Shown here in pieces: positions 59,729-64,000 of a DNA stretch of 64,000 nt (within the stretch, counting starts at the first letter, position 1; each line of letters starts with the position of its first letter). The notes under the pieces were generated by a model. It ran no database searches. It was not told where the DNA came from and saw only the letters and a list, made by a program, of their open reading frames with translations. Source of the DNA: a virus. Lineage: Duplodnaviria > Caudoviricetes. Location: positions 1 through 64,000 of the IMG/VR virus record IMGVR_UViG_3300035498_000327. One strand, given 5' to 3'. Made by a program: the position numbers and the translations under genes.

Positions 59729-60033
59729 GACACGACGGAGTTATCAACCAGTACTTCTCAGGTCTTCAAAGCCTGGCAAGGTACAGCGAGATCAACAGAG
59801 ACAACATATCCTACTTCGTAGCTCAGTACATCATCAACGAGAATGGTAAAGAGGTTATGAAGCAAATGGATGTGATTGATGCTTACAGAAACATTGACAA
59901 CGTACTGTACGAAGTTGAGGATTGCCGCGGCTATCATGGTAGAGATACCAAGAAGCTGCTGAAGGCAAATCAGTACAGAACCAATGTAGCAATGCTTCCG
60001 TTTGAGACAATCAACAGAAGTGAGAATTGGTAG
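59725..60033 (+). CDS. Hypothetical protein
   Basis: ATGA-coupled to the previous gene. Confidence 0.55.
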   Translation: MRHDGVINQYFSGLQSLARYSEINRDNISYFVAQYIINENGKEVMKQMDVIDAYRNIDNVLYEVEDCRGYHGRDTKKLLKANQYRTNVAMLPFETINRSENW

Positions 60034-60044
60034 ATCACACAAAA

Positions 60045-60072
60045 GGGAACCTGGGAGAAATCTCAGGTTCCC
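60045..60072. terminator. Hairpin between convergent genes
   Basis: GGGAACCTG/CAGGTTCCC stem. Confidence 0.65.
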
Positions 60073-60098
60073 AAATTATGATCAAGTCATTTTATTTT

Positions 60099-60839
60099 TT
60101 ACTTTCTCTCGATAGCTTGCTTCTTCTGCCTCAGAGTATATGGAGTCATGTATTCCTCAGTAACTAAGTTAGACATGATATGAGCTCCCAGGAGATATAC
60201 ATTAAGCATATTCTTAGCAAGAGAGTCATCGTTCTCTACATCTATATCTTTCTCAGAAACAAAGCCTTTAGTAGAGATAACGTTGTTCATCTGGCTTACT
60301 GCTTTAAGAGCATCTGCTCTAGACCTGGAAAACTCATCCATATTATACTCAAGACCCATTACTGCTAAGGACTCGAATTCGCGGTCTGTCTCTTTACCAC
60401 CTTTATCTACCTTAGTAAGAAGACCGGTTCTCATATCACGATGGTCAATGTCTATAGCAATATGAGTCTTCTTAGCTACTGTTTGTTTCAGTCTCTTAAG
60501 GTGAATGTATACTACTACACATTCCTTAGTCTGAATTGGTATTCCCTCATCATTAGTGAATACATGAGGAACGTTTACCTTCTCCAGTAGAGGCTTATTC
60601 AGAAGCTTAAATGCATCGAAGATATCATACATCTTCGGTTCTACCTTGAAGATCTCCGTATGGAATCTAAACGGTAGTCTCCTTTGGAGAAACTTATAGA
60701 AGTCATTGTCGCTCATATCAGCAAACAGTCTCTTATAGTAGTCAGAGTTAGTGCCACTCTTATCTATTGTATCAAAGACCTGATATATCAATGCTTCTAT
60801 CTGGTTTCTTTTTTGCTTACTTATCAATTGATTAGGCAT
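60099..60839 (-). CDS. RNA polymerase beta C-terminal fragment (probably virion RNAP)
   Basis: YIHLKRLKQTVAKK aligns by eye with YMLKLNHLVDDK; KGGKETDREFESLAVMG aligns with GGQRFGEMEVWALEAYG. Confidence 0.65.
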   Translation of the reverse strand: MPNQLISKQKRNQIEALIYQVFDTIDKSGTNSDYYKRLFADMSDNDFYKFLQRRLPFRFHTEIFKVEPKMYDIFDAFKLLNKPLLEKVNVPHVFTNDEGIPIQTKECVVVYIHLKRLKQTVAKKTHIAIDIDHRDMRTGLLTKVDKGGKETDREFESLAVMGLEYNMDEFSRSRADALKAVSQMNNVISTKGFVSEKDIDVENDDSLAKNMLNVYLLGAHIMSNLVTEEYMTPYTLRQKKQAIERK

Positions 60840-60842
60840 AGC

Positions 60843-61289
60843 TTAGTTCACTCCTATCACTCTAATGTCTTTTACTTTAATAGACCCTCCTATGAAACAT
60901 ACTAAGAACTTTGTTCCTTTAGGTACAGTGTCTACAAAGTTTAAGAGAATATACTTAGGTATATTCAACTCAACGTAGTTTGATTCCTTATATGGGGTTA
61001 TCATTATACTGCTATTGTTTAGTATGTTTCTTACAGTACCAGTACCAGCATCAGTCTCTACGGGCTCAGAAGTCTCAGCCAGAGGATTAAGAATTGGGAT
61101 ACTGAATTTACCCTTCATGTCAGTATAGAGTTCCTCAGCACGAGGATAATAGATATTGCCTGACTGAAGTTCTTCCACTGTAGGAAACGGAGGTAATGCA
61201 GGAAGAGCTATGTCTTCAAGAAGAATGGCTATCTCAATATAGCCTAATATACTACTAGATCCATCATAAAAGCCCAATTTACACACCAC
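60843..61289 (-). CDS. Hypothetical late protein
   Basis: 148 aa; late-promoter motif at 61302-61313. Confidence 0.55.
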   Translation of the reverse strand: MVCKLGFYDGSSSILGYIEIAILLEDIALPALPPFPTVEELQSGNIYYPRAEELYTDMKGKFSIPILNPLAETSEPVETDAGTGTVRNILNNSSIMITPYKESNYVELNIPKYILLNFVDTVPKGTKFLVCFIGGSIKVKDIRVIGVN

Positions 61290-61349
61290 CTAACTCATTT
61301 TTAATACTATGTTCAACTTATACAAATTCAACGATTGGAGGAAGATATT

Positions 61350-61826
61350 ATGGTTTTCTTAAGTAATGGAGTCATGCAGTTCGATGACGTCTATGACCTC
61401 ATTTATAACCTCTTGAACACCATCGGACTATCTATTGACAATAATGGATACATCTATGATCAAGAGTCTAAAGTTCATATTCAGATTCATGGATGTAAAC
61501 TTAAAGCAAGTGTAGATCCTAGGATACCTTGTTATGCAGGGCAGGGTGAAGTCGTATTCGACATCCTTAACAATATAAGATTAGTAACTACTATGCTAGG
61601 GTACTGCATAGATAAGGAGACAGCTCTTAACGGATTCAGATGTATATCTCAGTTCCCAGAGGAGATTCCTGAGTCTCGTATGACTGCTATGACTCTTAAA
61701 ATGGCAGACCAGACTAATAGAACTACTCTGTTCTATAACAACAAGTGTCTAAAGTTCATACACGCAATGTTCTTAGTCTACGACGAAAATGTAGACTTAA
61801 CAAATTTTGATTCGGAGAGACAATAA
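61350..61826 (+). CDS. Hypothetical protein
   Basis: GGAGG SD before ATG 61350. Confidence 0.6.
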   Translation: MVFLSNGVMQFDDVYDLIYNLLNTIGLSIDNNGYIYDQESKVHIQIHGCKLKASVDPRIPCYAGQGEVVFDILNNIRLVTTMLGYCIDKETALNGFRCISQFPEEIPESRMTAMTLKMADQTNRTTLFYNNKCLKFIHAMFLVYDENVDLTNFDSERQ

Positions 61827-61827
61827 G

Positions 61828-63051
61828 ATGGATAATATAGTTTTCACAGAAGATCAGGAACGTATTATACAAGAAGCAGTTGACTGGTACCATAACTCAT
61901 CTGAGCAGACGTTTCAGTTTGCTGGTGAGGCTGGTACCGGTAAATCTGTCGTTTTGAACGAAATAGTCAGGAGATTAAGGATGTCTCCTGAGGAAGTAAT
62001 GCCTATGGCGTTCACAGGCCAGGCGGCTATAGTAATGAGGCTAAAGGGCTTTAAGTTTGCTAGAAGTATTCATTCCTCATTATATAGATTTGACTATATA
62101 GCTCAGGACTTCATGGATGCTTACAATGTAGACCAGATGTATAACAGACCTAGGAAGGAAAAAATCTTTAGACCTAAGTCACCAGATGAGATACCTAGCT
62201 ATGTAAAGCTATTCGTTATAGACGAAGGATATATGGTTCCTAAGAATATGAGGTCTGTAATAGACTCATTTGGTAAAAAGGTATTAGTAGCAGGAGATGA
62301 TGGGCAATTACCTCCTGTATCTGGAGAACCAGCATACTTCGTAGATGGTAACGTAAGAAGACTAACTCAACTCATGAGACAAGCAGAGACTAATCCTATC
62401 ATTTACATAGCTCATAGAGCTAGATTAGGATTACCAATCCATTGTGGTAGATATGGAGATAACGTTTTAGTAATTGAGGACAGAGATCTTACAGATCAGA
62501 TCATATCTATACCACAAGCTATAGTGTGTGGAACAAATGCCACGAGAGATATGTTTAATAAGTATATAAGGGAAAGAATCCGAGGAATCCATTCAGACTT
62601 ACCAGTATATGGTGAGAGAATGATTTGCCGAGATAACAACTGGCAAATAGAGAGAGATTATATCTCTCTCGCTAATGGTCTCGTAGGGACTGTAGTTAAT
62701 TCTCCTGGTATTGGAGGATTCAATGGGCGAAACTTTAAGATGGACTTCCTTCCTGACTTATCTAACTCCGTTTTCGATAATCTAGACGTGGACTACAAAT
62801 ACTATAAAGCTCCTTATGAAGAACGTAAGGATCTTAAGTTTGATAAGTACACCACGGGAGAAAAGTTTGAGTTTGCTTATGCTCTTACTAGCTACTTATG
62901 CCAGGGTAGTGAGTATCATACCACAATGTATATAGAGGAGTTCCTCAGGTCCAATATACAGAACCAGCTAAACTATAGTAGTGTAACAAGAGCTAAGCAG
63001 AATCTGATTTACGTTAAGAAGTCCAAAAGGTTCTATTCTTTCTTTAGTTAA
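61828..63051 (+). CDS. SF1B helicase (RecD/Dda-like)
   Basis: GEAGTGKS, VIDEG, GDDGQLPPV, AYALT...QGSEY, VTRAK. Confidence 0.85.
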   Translation: MDNIVFTEDQERIIQEAVDWYHNSSEQTFQFAGEAGTGKSVVLNEIVRRLRMSPEEVMPMAFTGQAAIVMRLKGFKFARSIHSSLYRFDYIAQDFMDAYNVDQMYNRPRKEKIFRPKSPDEIPSYVKLFVIDEGYMVPKNMRSVIDSFGKKVLVAGDDGQLPPVSGEPAYFVDGNVRRLTQLMRQAETNPIIYIAHRARLGLPIHCGRYGDNVLVIEDRDLTDQIISIPQAIVCGTNATRDMFNKYIRERIRGIHSDLPVYGERMICRDNNWQIERDYISLANGLVGTVVNSPGIGGFNGRNFKMDFLPDLSNSVFDNLDVDYKYYKAPYEERKDLKFDKYTTGEKFEFAYALTSYLCQGSEYHTTMYIEEFLRSNIQNQLNYSSVTRAKQNLIYVKKSKRFYSFFS

Positions 63052-63100
63052 AGTGAGCGATGACAATATATTATAGAGAGGTGAAAGGAGAAAAAGTATC

Positions 63101-63691
63101 ATGAGTAAATCAGAAGACGACTTCTTTGGTAATGGTAAACCAAGGGTAGAGCAGGCTGTCTATTTTATAGGGAAAGATGAGCAATATCAAGTAAATCCTA
63201 TCTATAACTTAGATGAAACGCCTAATACACCTGATAGATTTGTCATACTGAAGACTACCGCTAATGGTAAGTTTCTGATAGGTGATATGATTCACTATTC
63301 TATCAATGGATGGGATCTAATCACAGATTCTGATAATGCTATCTTTGTAGACAATATCAATAAGACAGCATTCATCAGGGAGTATAGTAGGGCTCTGAGA
63401 GAAATAGCTCCAGAGAACCCGGAAGAAAGACAGTACGTCATATTAGTATATGATGCGTCCGGAGAAGACCTTAATGAATGGGTTGCAGTAATGGGACGTA
63501 CAAATGCATATGAGTACATCAAATCTCATGCTTATACGATGGATGTAGGCAACTCCATTGTTATAACAGAGAATGTTCCTCTAAAGGATGCTTTAACGGT
63601 ATCACAGTTTGTCCACTACTTAAAGAACGGTGATATCATTGGAGATGATGGATTCTATATAGAGGAATATGAGGAGACGGAGTTTGACTAA
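63101..63691 (+). CDS. Hypothetical protein
   Basis: 196 aa, AAGGAG SD. Confidence 0.6.
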   Translation: MSKSEDDFFGNGKPRVEQAVYFIGKDEQYQVNPIYNLDETPNTPDRFVILKTTANGKFLIGDMIHYSINGWDLITDSDNAIFVDNINKTAFIREYSRALREIAPENPEERQYVILVYDASGEDLNEWVAVMGRTNAYEYIKSHAYTMDVGNSIVITENVPLKDALTVSQFVHYLKNGDIIGDDGFYIEEYEETEFD

Positions 63692-63719
63692 AATCTAAAG
63701 GAAAGGAAAGGTGTTAGGG

Positions 63720-64000
63720 ATGGCACAAAAGAATCGTCAAAACTATTTTGACCAGAGCATCAGACAATTTGGAGAAGACTTCATTATGATGCTCACACCC
63801 GAAAAGATTCAAAGATCCGCAAAGCAAAGGATATTTAGAGAAATGGTTCAGGGTCATATTGATTACAGTGTATACGGTAAGTACTTTACTGACCCGAAGT
63901 TTTTTGAAAATCTACTAATCGCGGCGTATGATGAACTCAATAATAATGCGATTATAAAATCAGCGTTAACAGAGTTTGATCTTCATCATCCTGGTAACAA
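63720..64000 (+). CDS. Hypothetical protein, truncated at window end
   Basis: MAQKNRQNYFDQ... open to the last base. Confidence 0.55.
   Translation, partial: MAQKNRQNYFDQSIRQFGEDFIMMLTPEKIQRSAKQRIFREMVQGHIDYSVYGKYFTDPKFFENLLIAAYDELNNNAIIKSALTEFDLHHPGN

Noticed and set aside
1-64000. Stop-codon reassignment, tRNA genes, intron homing endonucleases, reverse transcriptase
   Set aside because: Genes are intact under the standard code. No cloverleaf, intron ORF or RT motif was recognised by eye; this was not an exhaustive search.

Overview
The window is a 64-kb segment of a phiKZ/AR9-related jumbo phage (standard genetic code; strong GGAGG Shine-Dalgarno sites suggest a Firmicutes host). It encodes three split multisubunit RNA polymerase pieces (beta' N-terminal/catalytic, beta' C-terminal, beta C-terminal) and a possible gp68/gp226-like specificity subunit. 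Replication genes include a split family-B DNA polymerase, primase, DnaB, SF1 and SF2 helicases, and SbcD-like and PD-(D/E)XK nucleases. It also has a chaperonin, a PhuZ/TubZ-like tubulin, a prohead protease, a probable major capsid protein and baseplate genes. Three ORF-less group I introns can be resolved to the nucleotide: one in RNAP beta', and two in the DNA polymerase, where they flank a 23-nt micro-exon carrying catalytic motif B. An AR9-type late promoter motif (AACA-N6-TA) sits upstream of many genes. The most unusual element is at 48779-49735: five start-less, head-to-tail 123-132 bp cassettes. Each encodes a different variant of the WWLR...VP C-terminal tip of DGR-target C-type-lectin proteins and shows the NNY codon signature of adenine-directed mutagenesis. 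I saw no reverse transcriptase, template repeat or target gene in the window. All protein assignments come from motif recognition only; no database searches were run.
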